From: a virus
Lineage: Duplodnaviria > Caudoviricetes
Virus record (IMG/VR): IMGVR_UViG_3300030433_001574
Span: 32,001-96,000 of that record
Length of the DNA: 64,000 nucleotides
Strand: one strand, 5' to 3'
Numbering within the stretch: position 1 is the stretch's first letter; each line of letters opens with the position of its first letter. The position numbers and the translations under genes were made by a program. Below are positions 9,162-22,900 of this stretch, piece after piece. The notes beneath the pieces were generated by a model that was not told the origin of the DNA, did not search any database, and worked only from the letters and a program-made list of their open reading frames with translations.

Positions 9162-9505
9162 TATTTCACCTCAATGAGTATCTGTATTCGTATCTCGTTT
9201 GATGTTGTTTTCGTAAACGATGCTATAGTGTGCCTCGCTATTGGAATAGTATTGAGTGCGCCTCTGAATTGGATAAAGACTTCTTTGAGTGACTCGTTGA
9301 AGGAATGCGATGCGTCTAAGAATCCCTCGACCAGTAGTGAAGAATCGCTTACGATACGCACTGTAGGATTGACAACCTTAGCGGGTCTACCAGCAGCGCC
9401 ATCGCTTTTCGTAGCAGGGTTACCGTCGAAACCAATGACCATCTCATTGATGTTATCAGCAATCGTCTCAATTAACAACCGTCTTACATGATTTGATACT
9501 GGCAT
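9161..9505 (-). CDS. Small tail-tip/baseplate protein
   Basis: Lies between hub and fibre; beta-rich with a C-terminal ARH..F.K motif; GGTGAG SD. Confidence 0.55.
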   Translation of the reverse strand: MPVSNHVRRLLIETIADNINEMVIGFDGNPATKSDGAAGRPAKVVNPTVRIVSDSSLLVEGFLDASHSFNESLKEVFIQFRGALNTIPIARHTIASFTKTTSNEIRIQILIEVK

Positions 9506-10933
9506 TCACTCACCTCTTTCTGTAAATCTTGCAGTTTTGCTACCGCCTATGACTTCTTTATCACCGCTTCTACCTACGACACCTCTACCCATACCTCGTC
9601 CTATGATGAAACCATCGCCTGAAACACCGTGTCCAACAACTTCTGTTATGACAACTGAGACAATCTCAATGTCACCAAACAGAGCCATGTTCTTCTCAAG
9701 AACCTGTTCAATAGTATCGTCTTGCTCACCAGTGTTCTTTGTGCCTTCAAGAATGCCTTGCAGCACACCTTCGATGCCACCTTCTACGCTCAAGAATACA
9801 AGGTCAGCGATGTTCTGAGATAATCTGTGTCTTACCTCGACCAAGATTTTTCTTTGTCCGTCATACTCGATAATCATACCCGGCCTCAAATCCCAACTGT
9901 TAGGGTGACCAGCGCTTGTGAGATTACCAAGCATAACCGCATTGGCCTTCAATATGTTACGACCAATCTCTCTTGCTTGCTCGTTGCTTCGCACAGTAAA
10001 GTCACCGACAACCTGTGGTTCTTCTAACACTTCACCAGCCCGACCTGACTGCTTCTCTGAGTTGTTTACCTCAGCAAAGGCAGTATCATTTACAGCCGTT
10101 GGTAGACCCTCTACGATGACCCTGTTCGATATGTTCTCAATTGGGTTATTGACAGCAGGGCCAGTGCGAGCGTTGTGGTCGATAAATCGACTCTTCTCTT
10201 CAAACTGGAACGGAACGTAAAGCAAGTTACCAAACCTGTCAAAGTGGATGACTCGACCATCATGGCGACTAATGAACCGTAGAGCATCAACAAGCGTGAT
10301 ACCGTGAAAGTCTACGCCGACGAAACTGTTGCTGTGTAGCCTTCTATCGACTTGGGAGTTGCTCGGACTCAATGGTAGTGCGATGTTCACGGACGTAAGA
10401 GAATCAGCGATGTCTCTACTAATGCGTATAGCCAAGTCTGTTGTTCTTAAGCCAGCATCAATTGGTTGTCCAAAGTGTGCTTGCCTCTGAGAAAAGCCAA
10501 CGTCATCGAGTGTCTTACCCTTCATGTTTCTTAGAGCGAATGTAGTTCCTGTTCCGCTATTGAGAACTGATGATGTTCGCAGTCGCTCACTTTCAGCACC
10601 TTTACCATAAAGCAACACTGGTTTGTTTTTATCACTGTCACTGGTAATGCTTGAACCCAAGTAGACCACAGAACCTTCGTAGTTTCGCCCATGCGTGCCT
10701 GTGTGCTTTAGGATAACAGAATCCTGTAGTTCTGTCATGGTGTAAGTATGTGGTGTAGAGACAGCATAGGTGGTGGTTTTGCGTTGTCTCACCGTGACCT
10801 TCTTCTCCAAGTTCTTCTGTGGCGTATACTCACCAAGATGAAGGGCGTTGTCCACGAACTTTGGTTTACGCACTGCTTTCATCACAACATCCGTGTCGGC
10901 TGTTGCTCGTTTGTCTTTGAGTAAACCCATCAT
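9506..10933 (-). CDS. Baseplate hub / Tal-like protein
   Basis: FDRFGNLLY, N.VIVEG, DLRPGMII, VEVRH pattern typical of hub proteins; position in the tail module. Confidence 0.6.
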   Translation of the reverse strand: MMGLLKDKRATADTDVVMKAVRKPKFVDNALHLGEYTPQKNLEKKVTVRQRKTTTYAVSTPHTYTMTELQDSVILKHTGTHGRNYEGSVVYLGSSITSDSDKNKPVLLYGKGAESERLRTSSVLNSGTGTTFALRNMKGKTLDDVGFSQRQAHFGQPIDAGLRTTDLAIRISRDIADSLTSVNIALPLSPSNSQVDRRLHSNSFVGVDFHGITLVDALRFISRHDGRVIHFDRFGNLLYVPFQFEEKSRFIDHNARTGPAVNNPIENISNRVIVEGLPTAVNDTAFAEVNNSEKQSGRAGEVLEEPQVVGDFTVRSNEQAREIGRNILKANAVMLGNLTSAGHPNSWDLRPGMIIEYDGQRKILVEVRHRLSQNIADLVFLSVEGGIEGVLQGILEGTKNTGEQDDTIEQVLEKNMALFGDIEIVSVVITEVVGHGVSGDGFIIGRGMGRGVVGRSGDKEVIGGSKTARFTERGE

Positions 10934-13900
10934 GCATCACCACTGTGGTCTGATGTATTGAACGATACATCCTCTTTATGTCCCTTGCTGTGCAACGATT
11001 GACTGAATCTTGGTTTGACGGTGTAATCTTTACTCTCACCAGTTCTTCTTGGAGCATCGCTCTTGAAGTGCTGTAGTGTGTTTTCACTGATAATGAGTCG
11101 AGTAACAGTGCTCTTCAGTGTTGTCTTGTCAAAGCCAGTAACCTCTGTTCCCGGTAACTTTGGCCCTTTCGATACTGGCACAGTGTCACTACTGCTCTCA
11201 ACGAGATACACTGGTTGGTATGGCGCTGATGTGTCAGGGTTGGTAGCACGCATGTATGACCCACTGCTTGCTCTACCGTTTGGAGTCGAGTAGGTAAACA
11301 GCCCATACTTACCACCAGCAGTGGCTGTAAACGCAGTGCTACCGTTTTGCTTACTACCGCTATGCAAAGCCAATGCTGGTCTAAATACAGCGATATGCTG
11401 GTTGTCAAGGAGTCGTATAGGTCGTAGCATAAACTGCACTGCATCGTCAGTCATGTTTGTCTGACTGGCTACAGAACTCGTTGTTTGGTATGGGTTGCTT
11501 GTCTTTGTGCCACTCATGCCACTTCGTCCCCAGCCTGTATCATCGAATGGGCTGGCGAAACTGCGAGCCTCCAAGATGTAAGTTCCACCCATAGGCTTGA
11601 AGTTGCTTGTGTGGCTGAATCGCATCACACCACCATGAGGCTGAGCAGCGAAGGACAAGGATGTCAGGTCGTAGTCACCAAGCGTCTGAGAACCTGACTG
11701 CATACCACCATGCAACACAACTCTCTGACCTACACCTCTGTTGGTGTGTAGGCTGTGTGCTTCTGAGTTGATGGCTACCATGTTGGCGTTGCTACCAGTC
11801 AAGGATTCTATGGTGTCTCCGTCAATACCAATTCGTGGTGAAGAGCGAGAAACAGCATCCTTGTGAACCGATGTTCCGCTGATGGATTCTACCTTGTCGC
11901 TAACCGTCGCTTCAGGTTTAAGCAAACCATCTTCATCAACTTCCAATCGAGCGCTGATACCTCTGACGATTTCACTTGGTTGCAGTGCGTCGTTTCTTGG
12001 CCGAATCAAACCTTGACCGAATGTAGGCTCAGCAGTGTTGCTTGATAACACCACACCTGAGTTTTGGTATACTGCGCTGAGTTCAACCAATCTGTCTTCA
12101 TTGAACTGTGTTGGGAATCGCACACCACGTCCGTTACCCATGTCTCCTACTCGTAGCGCATTGGTAGGAGCAAACACATCGACCAACGTGGTATCTGTGT
12201 TATTGTTACCAGTGTTCTTTCTACCACCAAAGCGAGGTATTGTAGCCGTTGGAGATGACAGCACGTTGCCGTTGCTGAAATCAACGATACCCTTCAGATT
12301 GAAGATAGGCTTGCCATTGTTCCAAACTCGCTCAAACGGCGTGCGGTTGTTGGTTCTGTCATACTCGTATGCGTCTCCAGCATCCCAAGACGGATTGATA
12401 CCAAAACTACGCACTGGGAAGCGACGGACATCCTCACCACGAGTGTTACCCCACCAGTCAATGAGATAATACGATACAGCATCTTTGTAATACAACAATC
12501 CCATACCAGCAGAATCACCCCACCAATCTCGTATGACTGTGCTGGAGTTTCGCAAAGTGCGTAGAGCACAACCAAATCCTCTTGTCATTCGTCGTCCATC
12601 GCTGTAGCGCACTTGCCATTCGTATTTGTCAGCATTCAACATACCAGCAGCCGTTGTGCTACGCTCAAGAATACCAACATAGGTAGTTGGTAGGTCAGTG
12701 TTGCTTTGTGTGCTGTCTCCACCAGCGTAAAGCCACCCGTTACTTGATATACTCTCATACTCAATTAGTGGCCCTGCTTTGTAGCCAACAGCAAGATTGC
12801 TTGCACCTGAGTGAGTGGCTTGCTCTTGGAATGCTCGCATACCATAGTGACCCCACTGAGGTCTGTTCCAAGCCTGTCGTAGTCCAAAGCGGTAACCAAA
12901 TGGATATGTGCGTAGAGCGCTGAGTGAGCCAGTGCTTACACCGTTAGCAACTGCATAACTACCGTCATCGTCATCGTCTTCCCAATGAATCCCACCATTG
13001 TGTGCGTAACTTTGCGGTAAGTGCCACGCCGCAGCGGCAGCAGCATAGCCATCTAATCGGCTAACGAGTGGGCCACCACGACTACCACACGGCCAGTAGT
13101 TTGAAAGCATAAACGTGCCACTTTGAGATGATAAACCACTGATAGCATTGATGCCTGAGCCACTCAAGACTTCGCCATCACCGTCAAGATAAACCTTATC
13201 GCCCGACACAAGATTGCTCTCAAATATCTTGGTGTAGAGCGTAATGTCAGCACCGCTTGTGCCGTTTACTCTACCAAGAACTCGACCCTTAGCGAACAAA
13301 ACATCTCCGTTACTTACGCCAGTAACCGTATCGGTCATTGTAATAACGGAGACAGTTGTAGTTGCAACCGAACTGACAGTTCCAGTAAGTGGCTTAGGAG
13401 GCACTGGTGTTTTCATTCGTAACGTAAGTGGGCCATGACTCGCTGCGTAATTGACATCTTGATAGTGGATTGTCTCAAAGTGCTGTGGCATACTGTTGTA
13501 TGCGGCGTTATTGACGGCTCTGTCTGAGGTATGATTGACACCGTTTGTAATCCAAGTCCGACTGGCATCTGAATAGAATGTGTGAGGCCGACCCAAGTTA
13601 GGACTCCAAGCACACAGATATGCGTCGGTTAGGAAAAGACTGTTTGTATCTCTTGTTCCTGTAAGCAACTGACCGAGATTCTTGGTCAATACGCTTTCGC
13701 TGTCGTTGTTGAAAATGTCGTTTACAGACTTTGTAGAATACGGTTTACTCAACGTCAGTTTTGTGCCATCGGCTATGGTAATCCCTGTTGGTAAATGGAA
13801 CACATCAGGCTCGTTCATCGTCGCTGAACTATGACTCAGACCTTGCCGAGTTGTGTAACTAAACGATACAGTTTTGCCCGTAGAAGGGTCAATGTATTGC

Positions 13901-16900
13901 AGTTTTTGTCCGTAATACGGTTTTTCAGGGAAGAGCGAAGCGTCATCAACTTGTATGGCAGTCGCTGAAGAATGTGCTCCGACGACTTTACATGTAGGAG
14001 CGAGGCTTACGTTCTCCATAATCTTGGAGTAGATGTCAGGATAGATGCTTGGGTAACCAGCCAATGTCAATTGGGCAGCGACTGCGCCGTAACTCGCTCG
14101 ACAGAATTGGTAGTAGTTGTCAATACGATACAGAGCAAGATGTCTGAAACCAACAGCCGATGCGTCAGACGGAGTGCCTTGATGCATGATACTCCACCAC
14201 GGTATGTTCGTGGTAAAGCCCGGTGTAGCGTCTTTGAACTCTATCTCAGGAGTTGTTGGGTGATACGGATGACCTCGCCGTGTAAACGAAGGACTCTCCG
14301 ACCCTTGAACTCCCAATGGGTTATAAAGCAACATCGGTGGGATGTTAGCCAACTGACTACCGTGGTCAGGGTCGTGGTCAAGGATGACCTCGTTCAAGAA
14401 TATCTCACAGCCTCTTACGTCAGCCAGTGTAGCCTCAGCAAGAATAAGCGTAACACCGCCGATGTTGGCAGAGTTTGTCAGACTTGAGTGTCGCTCTTCG
14501 TCGTATTTGATACCGATAACAAGATTGACTTGCTGACTGGTAAGACCTGATAGTTCTGTGCCAGCAGTTGGTAAACCTGTAGCATCAGCATTGTTGCGAT
14601 GGAATCCAGTGACTTGTTGTGAGCGTAGGTTTGGCTGAATGACGATTTGATATGCACCAACTTCAGCAGGGTCAGGGAAGTGATTAGCCTGAGTATAGTT
14701 ACCACCAGCCTCAAGGACAATTGAGTGTCCACCAGCCTTGTTCATGTCACCAGCAGTGCCTTTTGATGCGAGTATACCGTAGCCGTCATACTTGATTTTC
14801 GTCTCAAACATCAGCGTAAATGCACCACCGTGAATGTCGCTTGGGCCTGACGGATTGGCTGTGAGCGAACCTACTCTGAGCGCTGGGTTGAGTGGGAATA
14901 TCCTGTCTGTAACTGCGGTAGGAATAGAGGTCTGATTGTTCGTTGTGCCGTCTACCTCGACCAAGTTGTCAGCCAGTGTCGTATAATCTTCGTCAGGTAG
15001 TGACGCTAATTTGTCGCTGTTCGCTTTCTCGTATAGTCCTTGATAGGCTGGGTGCGCCCAGTGACCGGGCATCATTGGCATCGTTGCATTGACGAAGTGA
15101 TGACCCATACGAGGAATAGGCATTGGAGTAAGTTGTGGCTTACTGTATCGTGAGTGTATAGTTGTTTGAGCATCGCCGTCAAAGTAGAGAGTGTGAGCCA
15201 TGTCAGGGCTGTTACCGCTTACCTCAGCATGGTCACGCAGTCGGCGTGCAGCGAATATACGAGCACTACCAGCAGGGACATAGTATGACGGTGTGATAGT
15301 CAATGCACCAACAGCAAAATTATCAGCCATAAATTGAGTAAAGTCAATATCACCAACAAGGTCGTTAAACACATCTGAACTTATTGATTTATACGAAGCA
15401 ATAACACTCTCACCTGCTGCGTTGCTAATTCGTATGAATCGTCGGTTATCGGCTACTTCTTGTGTTCCAAAGCCAGTAGAGAATATGTTTTCGTTGATAG
15501 CAGCACTCGCTGTAATTGAGGTTGAAGTGTAGGAATCTACGGTAAGGGCTTGATTAACCACACCAGCGGTGTGAGTGTAGGTCGTCGGGAACTTTTCAGT
15601 GTGGCTGTGACCCATCTTTGTAATGTGGAAGTATAGTGCTCTGTCCTGTTGCTCGTAGGAACTGCGTAGTGTATTGTTACCAGTCGCTGCTACCCAGCCG
15701 TCACGAGTAGACTCAGGGAAGTTCTCATCTTGTGAGATGTGCTCCCATCCTACTTCGTTCATGGTTGGCCCTTTTCTTGGAGATTTGACCACGTTGTCAA
15801 ACAGATGACCAATATGACTTGCACCCAAGTCAGGGTGAATCATACCACCGTCACCGAATGTTTCTGTTTGGTATGCCTGTATTGGGTCGAAACCACTGCG
15901 AACAAGGATGTTACCGGGAATGGATTCAGGGTCAGGTAATTGAATCTCAAAGTTTGGAGGTATACCACTGTTTGCAGGGACTGGTTGTAGACCGCTTGCC
16001 AATCTTGTCGATGCAGGTTTATACGCTCTGATGACAATACCCAACGGTGAACCACCCTCAAGCGTATGCACCTGTCCTGTGTCGTCTACAACAGTGATGT
16101 CCTCAAACTGTATCTCTTCGTTTGGTATCTCAAGCACACCACCAAGAGCAATAGGATGTTCCTTTGCTAACGTAGGGTGGGCTATCTCTTGTGCTTGTAG
16201 AACTGGCATCATAGCCGAGTTTGTTGTCTCAAAAGAGAATCGAATGTTACCATACAACTTCTCGCCCATTGTGTGAGCGTTGCCACCTACTACACGAGTA
16301 ATCCACGGCACTGCACCTAAGCCACGAGCATTGGAGGCTGGCATGGTGACTGTTCCACCGTCCATTCGCTTCCATACAATATGCTCTGTGCTGAAGTTCT
16401 TGTGAGGGCTACGCTTCAATACATCGTAAGCATTGACATCACCAGCCCAAAAGATACCTGATTGAACATCATGAGAAGTTGATACCATATTATTCGATGG
16501 AGTGTTGGTTGATGTGATAAAATCAGTAGCAAGGTTACGCTCACCGATGTTTAATTCGTGATTTACAATTCCTACGTTTTTGTCAATATCGAAGAACAAA
16601 TCACCAGTTTCAGCACGACATGGCTCGGCATTTGACAACGAAGAGTCAGCGGAAAGAGAAGGGTGTAAGTAAACTTGAGCATTGAATGGAGCGCCGTCTA
16701 AGACAGTGCTCGTGGTGTAATCGCTAATGGTAGGAGGTGCTGTGTTGTCAGCAATCAAAGCCTCTACGTTTGGCCCAGCGTTAGCGGGTGCTACAAAGCG
16801 GTCACTGTGGTGAAATCGCTCGTCCCATTGGGTTGTGCCTCCAGCCAGCAAGTAGTCGCCTGTAGAGGTATGGTTGTCTCTGTCTTTCCTTGCCACCAAA

Positions 16901-19900
16901 CTCAACTCACCTTCGTGGGCTACAACGAGCAAAGCACGAGAGTAAGTGCCTTGAGCGTGAATCAACTCTTTCTGTATCTCAGGCATATCTCGCATAACTG
17001 GTGGGTTGTTGAACTGAGCGCCATCAGTCCAGCCCATAATGTATGTGCCAAATCCTACTGTATCATCAGTGCTGTAAGATACAGAGTCAGCCTCGGTATC
17101 GCCGTCACTTGGGAAGTTGCTGAGACTACCACCCGGTATGTCTGTCGGTGGCATACTTTCGGGAGAGTTAGGTAGAGGGGTTGTGTGAGGTAGATGACCA
17201 AGCATGTTGGCGCAAGACGAAGAGCCACCGTATGGTGAAAACCCAAGCATAGAATGCCAAGCACCAAGACCAGCCGAGAAACCACCGTCTACTGACAATG
17301 TGTTGAGGTAAGAGTATCGTTCACCATGCCACCCTACTGCTCCGACTGGCTTTGTTCTGTCTATTGCATCAGCGATACCACTGAAATGTGGTGCTCCGAT
17401 ACCGTAGTTTGAGAAACGACTACCTGCTGAGTTATCCACTCCGATGGTTGCGCTCTTTGACCATATCCATATTTTTGTCCCAACAGAAGGCGCAGGGTGT
17501 GGTAATGTTACTCCACTTACGTTTGAGCCGCCACCACTGTTGAACGCTACTGAAGTATTTGCGTAGATACGCCAAGCCTCTCCGTCTTCAAAGGCTTTCA
17601 AACCTGTAACCTTATTGTGTGACAAAAAGAATCGACAACGCAACGGGCTATCTACAGCGCTTCCGTCTCTGTAAAACGCACGACTATGATAAGAAGCCCA
17701 CGCCGATGACTTGACTGAACTACTTACAGACGCTCCATAGTCATGATTGGCTTCTGTTCGCAACCAACCTGATGCTGGCACACGATTTGCAACTGACTCT
17801 TCGTTTCCTGTTGCAGCACCAGTAATCTCAACGTCGATAAAGCAATCACCGTTCTTAAGACTCGCACCACCTGTTGCTGTGTTACCGAGTGTATTGCGGG
17901 TGAATGTAATTGTGACACCAGTGTTTGTAGCATTCGGGGCTGGGTTTATTGTGACAGTGTTTGCTGTTGAGTTAAAGGAAGCAACTACACTGTTGGCTTG
18001 AATACCAGTTCCGCTTACAGATTGACCCGCTTGTATCAAAGCAGGGAACGTCCCAGTGACTGCTATAGCAGCAACACCACTGGTGACGTTTGCAGTAAAC
18101 GTGCTGGTTGCTGTGCCGCTTCTGACCATAGGTGCGACACTTACTGTGTTGTTTGAATAACCATAATCAGTAACATCGCTATTCGCTGTAACTCCGCCTA
18201 CTGTTCCGTTTCCGTAAACGCCGCTTGGTATTGCTTTTGAAATACTTTCTATCCATCCATATCGGTCTTGGCGAGTAGCGTTACCCATTGATGGCATAAA
18301 CGTCCCACCAATAGCCTTGAGAGCACCTTTACCGGGAAACGTATTGATAGCAGCACCCAGCACACAAGCCAACTCTTCTCCGTTCTGACAACGTGTAGCA
18401 TCTACTACGATGTATTCGTGGTCTACGTCGCTTGCTGTCAATGTATCAGTGCTAAAGCCGGGAGAGCCTGAGTTGTCGTTTGAATGTAGCATCTTCGTTG
18501 CCAGCACACCAGCGACTCTGAATGCAGTCTTGTTGATACGACTAACATTTGTGTTCAAACTAATTCTTGTTGCAGCGCCCTGTAGTGGTGGATTCATAGT
18601 GATTTGATTATCCATCCAAGAACCACCGGGATGGTTACCGTTGTCCATATGCCAGCACAAGTCAGCGTTTTTGACCATACCTCCAGCGTAAAACATAGCG
18701 TGTCTACTGGGTTGAGCAACAGCATATGCTTTCGCTACGTCATCTGTAAAGTTAGAAGCAGTGCTGTAGTGGTCAAAGGCGTTAGCGGTAAACGAGTTAC
18801 CGTAGTTTCTACCATTCTCAGGTCGCTCTCGCAAAAACACAGTATCGGGTATACCGAGAGGCGACTCCCAGTTTAGCACTTGTCGGTAATGGAATCGGTG
18901 CTTAGCCAACTGTGTTGCTGCACGCTCAGGCATGTATTCTCCAGTAGAATTTTGAATGTGATTTGGTAAAAAGGCACGACCACCAGCCCCACTTGACATA
19001 TTCGGAACTTTTGACCAAGCGTTACCAGTGCTCACAGCCTCGCCGGGGTGTGGCTCAAACGCATTGTCGGGACTTGCTTTTTCTTGACAGAGAGGGAATG
19101 CTTGACCCGGCCCAAAAATGATGTATGTTGTCTTGTTGTCTACACTGTCACGATGGTCGTTGTATCGTGCGGTTGGGTGTGCAAAGCGCAACACCATAGG
19201 AGACGGCACTTGCATGTGAACCCCAGCGGTATATGGAGCAGCATTGGGGTGTATGTTACTCACACTTTGAGCACCTCTCTTGATGTCAGGAGACAAAATG
19301 TTGTCCTTGTTGTAAACTGGTGGATTGATACTACCACGATGTTGCTTTAACAAAGCAGTTGCTGGGAAGAAAGCCATGATAGCGTTACAGTCAAGTGTAG
19401 AGAATGAAGAAAGAATTTCATTGGCATTTTGAATACCAGCAGAGCCTGTTGGCCCATTAGCATACGGATGTGTGTTGTGCTCTGAGTAATCGTTCTGTGT
19501 CCCGTCATTGATGTCTACCACAGCGCCGCTGAAACCACCACCAAAGAACAGAGGAACGTAATTGTCAGGGCCATCACGAGCGCCAGTAAAGTGAATGATT
19601 GGTAAAGAATGCACGCTACCAAGAGAGCGCTTACCAGCAAACAAATACGCCCTTAAATCAGCGTATTTTTGGACAACAAGTGTCCCGCTTGGGTTTGATG
19701 AAGGCCAGTCTCCGCTTCTCAAATTAGAATCAAGTAATTGGCTAAACGTTTTCTCAGAAACATATCCACCACTATTTACATTCTGACTTTCTGTGACTGC
19801 TGTATGTGTGCCATAACTGATAGGAGTCTTTGTGCCAAAAGAATCTACTCTTGCGTAGTCTTGTGTTTGCCCTTGTTCAACGTGATTAACCGATGCTTCG

Positions 19901-22900
19901 TAACCAGCGGGTTTAGCGAAGTGCCACATTTCATTATCGCCGTGTAAAGCCATCATAGATGCAGAATGAACATTGGTCATCTTTAGTGTTGGATTGTCGA
20001 GATTTGGTAGAATCAAATCTCCGCTTGATTCAATAAAGTTTTCACCAATCAAATTCTTTCGCCATGTGCTGGTATTGATAGGATTGTTTTGCGAGTCTAC
20101 GATATTTGGCGTAGCAGTATTTGCATTATGTCCTCTACCCTTTGTTGTAATCTGTATAATCGTTGAAGGGATATAACCACAGTTCAGGCTTCGTCCTTTA
20201 GCAATCAAGCCATCGCCTACTGGTCGTGTCGCATCACCTGTTACAGTAACTCCGTCGTTGTTAATCTTCAGGCTCTCGACTTCACCATACTCAATGTGGC
20301 TGGCTCTGATACCAACGTCTTGTGAAAGACTCGCTGTAAAGAAGTCCGATATAGGCTCAATGTTGCCTTTTGTATTGTAGGCTTTGATTTTGATTGACTC
20401 ATCTGTAATACCCCATTCACCGAAAGTGCGACCATCAGCGGCATACATGTTGGTGCAATCAAAAGTCGTTTCTTCATTGGGGTCTGTTAGGTTGATGGCG
20501 GCAGCAGTTACGGCTGCCATTAGTTCGTCTGTGACAAGCGTAGTCCAGTTAGCAACTGGTGTTATCAAAGCAGAGATACCGTCTGTTTCTTCACCAACAA
20601 CAAAGTCACCAAGAGTGAGCGTGGGAGCAGTGTTGCTGTGAGTGTGAATTTTGTGTCGTGAGATGTATGTGTCTCCAGTTACACCGTGGAATACATGTGT
20701 TCCTGTTTTGTCGTTTCTTGTGCGGTGAGTGTAGGCAAACATGTTACCCCAGTTACCAGTAAGGGATGCATCGTTGTAAGGGTCTGATAAGTGAATGACA
20801 CCGTTTTCAGCAGGGAATCCCATGTAACCCAATACATCATGATGAGGGCAGTCATCGTATGGAGCATAGAGTGTAACTGTAATTGTTTTATCCGTTGTAT
20901 TGTAAACAACGTCTGTGTTGTAAGAAGCATTTGGAGCAGGTGCTCCTCGCCATAGGTTGCCTCGCCAGTTTGCAAGACCAGCGTTAGAAGGCGTGGCTGG
21001 GAATCGCCCTGTTGGGTCGCTTATACCATGCATGTGCTTACCAATCGTGAAACCACCTTGCGAGCAATCTTTGTGATTGAAGTAAACTACAATTTCATTC
21101 TCCAACGTCTTTGGTAGAAGCGTGTTGTCTAAGGCAAATTTCTCTCCCATGTTCTTGTAGATGTAACGTATACCATGCTCTACCCCTCTGTGGTCTTGCA
21201 ATCGTAGACCGTAGATAGGAGAATCGCCTATACTATCAGGGAATACCTGAGCAGTAGGAACGTGACCAGTATAGGTGGTAGCGGGTTCTGTGTCCACCAC
21301 CTTTGTGAGTTTACCATAGTCGTTAGCAAATCGCTCATCGCCCTTTCTACCAAAGCCCCACTTACCAGCGTCAGGTGCGAAGCCGGGGACACCAGCAGAG
21401 ACAAGACCACCGAAGTTTATTCGTGCCACAGCGTTTGTTCCGACACGCAAACCCTCTGTGAATGATGTGTTGAATCCCTCAATTTCAAGTGATTCAGTGT
21501 TGAGCGTATTGTGGTTTTGTCCACTACCGCTGTGCGCTGATACTGCACGCAGTCTTGGTGTCGTCGTCTCGTCATGGTTGTTGGAGAACTCACCTTTTGG
21601 AACGACGGCTTGCATGGACTCATCGGGTTGAGTATACTGTCTCAAAGAAGTAATCGGAGCAAACGGTCTTCCATGTTTATTAAGCGGCATTGGCGCTGGG
21701 TGCATGTTTTCTCCACTCAGTTCATCAGGCATACACCAAAATGTTCTGAAACGACCACCATGACCAATCATAAATTCAGGCTTGTAAGGAACTTGCCCTT
21801 TGCTGTTGTCGAGCCATACAGCAAAGTTACGCCCAGTAGCACCGGGAACTGTGCTGTGAATGATGATTGAGAATCCTTCTTCGTTACCGTCCACGTCTCT
21901 AACGACACGACCAAGATGAGCACGAATGTAACCCATGTGTGTTCCCTTATCGTGCGACTCAAACGCCTTGTCCTCATCCCACCATACAACAGGGTCGTGA
22001 GTAGAACCAGTTGTAGCAAAATCAGCCTCACCAACAACTTTCACAGGGTATTGTTTGTTTGTGTTGTTGCTGTGTGTGCGCCCTTTCTTTGCAGCGGCTT
22101 GATTTATCATACGCACAACTTCGGTAGCCGCCGCTTCGACGCTGGTGATACCATCTCTAACTGCGACTTCGCCCAAGTCAATAGTCATCCTTCTTGTGAA
22201 ATCCATCTGAGTCCATTGAGGTAGATGCTGTAGTCTTGTCTCAGTAGTCATGTTGGATAGGTCAAGAGCCTCTGAGCGAATGCCCTTGAGAGCAAGGAAG
22301 GCTGGGATGACACGAGTGCCGTCAGGTGTATCGAACAGCGTAGATGTTTCTTCGTTTCTTCTGTTCATAAACAGGGTAAAACTACCATCTTCGTTACCGC
22401 TTACATTCGCTGTGCCTGTTGGAAGAATGTAGAGGCTTCGGTCACCGATGAAAATGGTGTCACCTTCTTCGTAGAGACTGTCACCATGTCGATTTACAGT
22501 AGCGGTAACAACTGCGTTGCTTGCGATAGTGACATCAACGGTCATGCCACTGCCTTGACCATCTGTGGTTGTTTTTACATTGTAGAACGTGCCGTTGTTA
22601 TATCCGCTACCACCAGCCTTTAGCGTCAAAGTTTTGCCTTTTGAAATACGATGTTGCATTAAAGCCTTAATCAAAACGTCGTTGGATGAAAACAACTTTC
22701 TCGTTTTGTTATGTTCTTTGTTAGCATGGTATGGTATAGCAACCGCATTGTTGGTGCGAGATGTAATGCTATCACCCAGCGTGCGTTTCTTAGCCAGTGG
22801 GCCACCAGTATGGTAACCAGTGTGTATGAAGTGACCATGTGCTTTACCATAGAGAGCAGCCTGAGTCATAGAAGTTAGAGCATTGACGATGCCTGAAGTG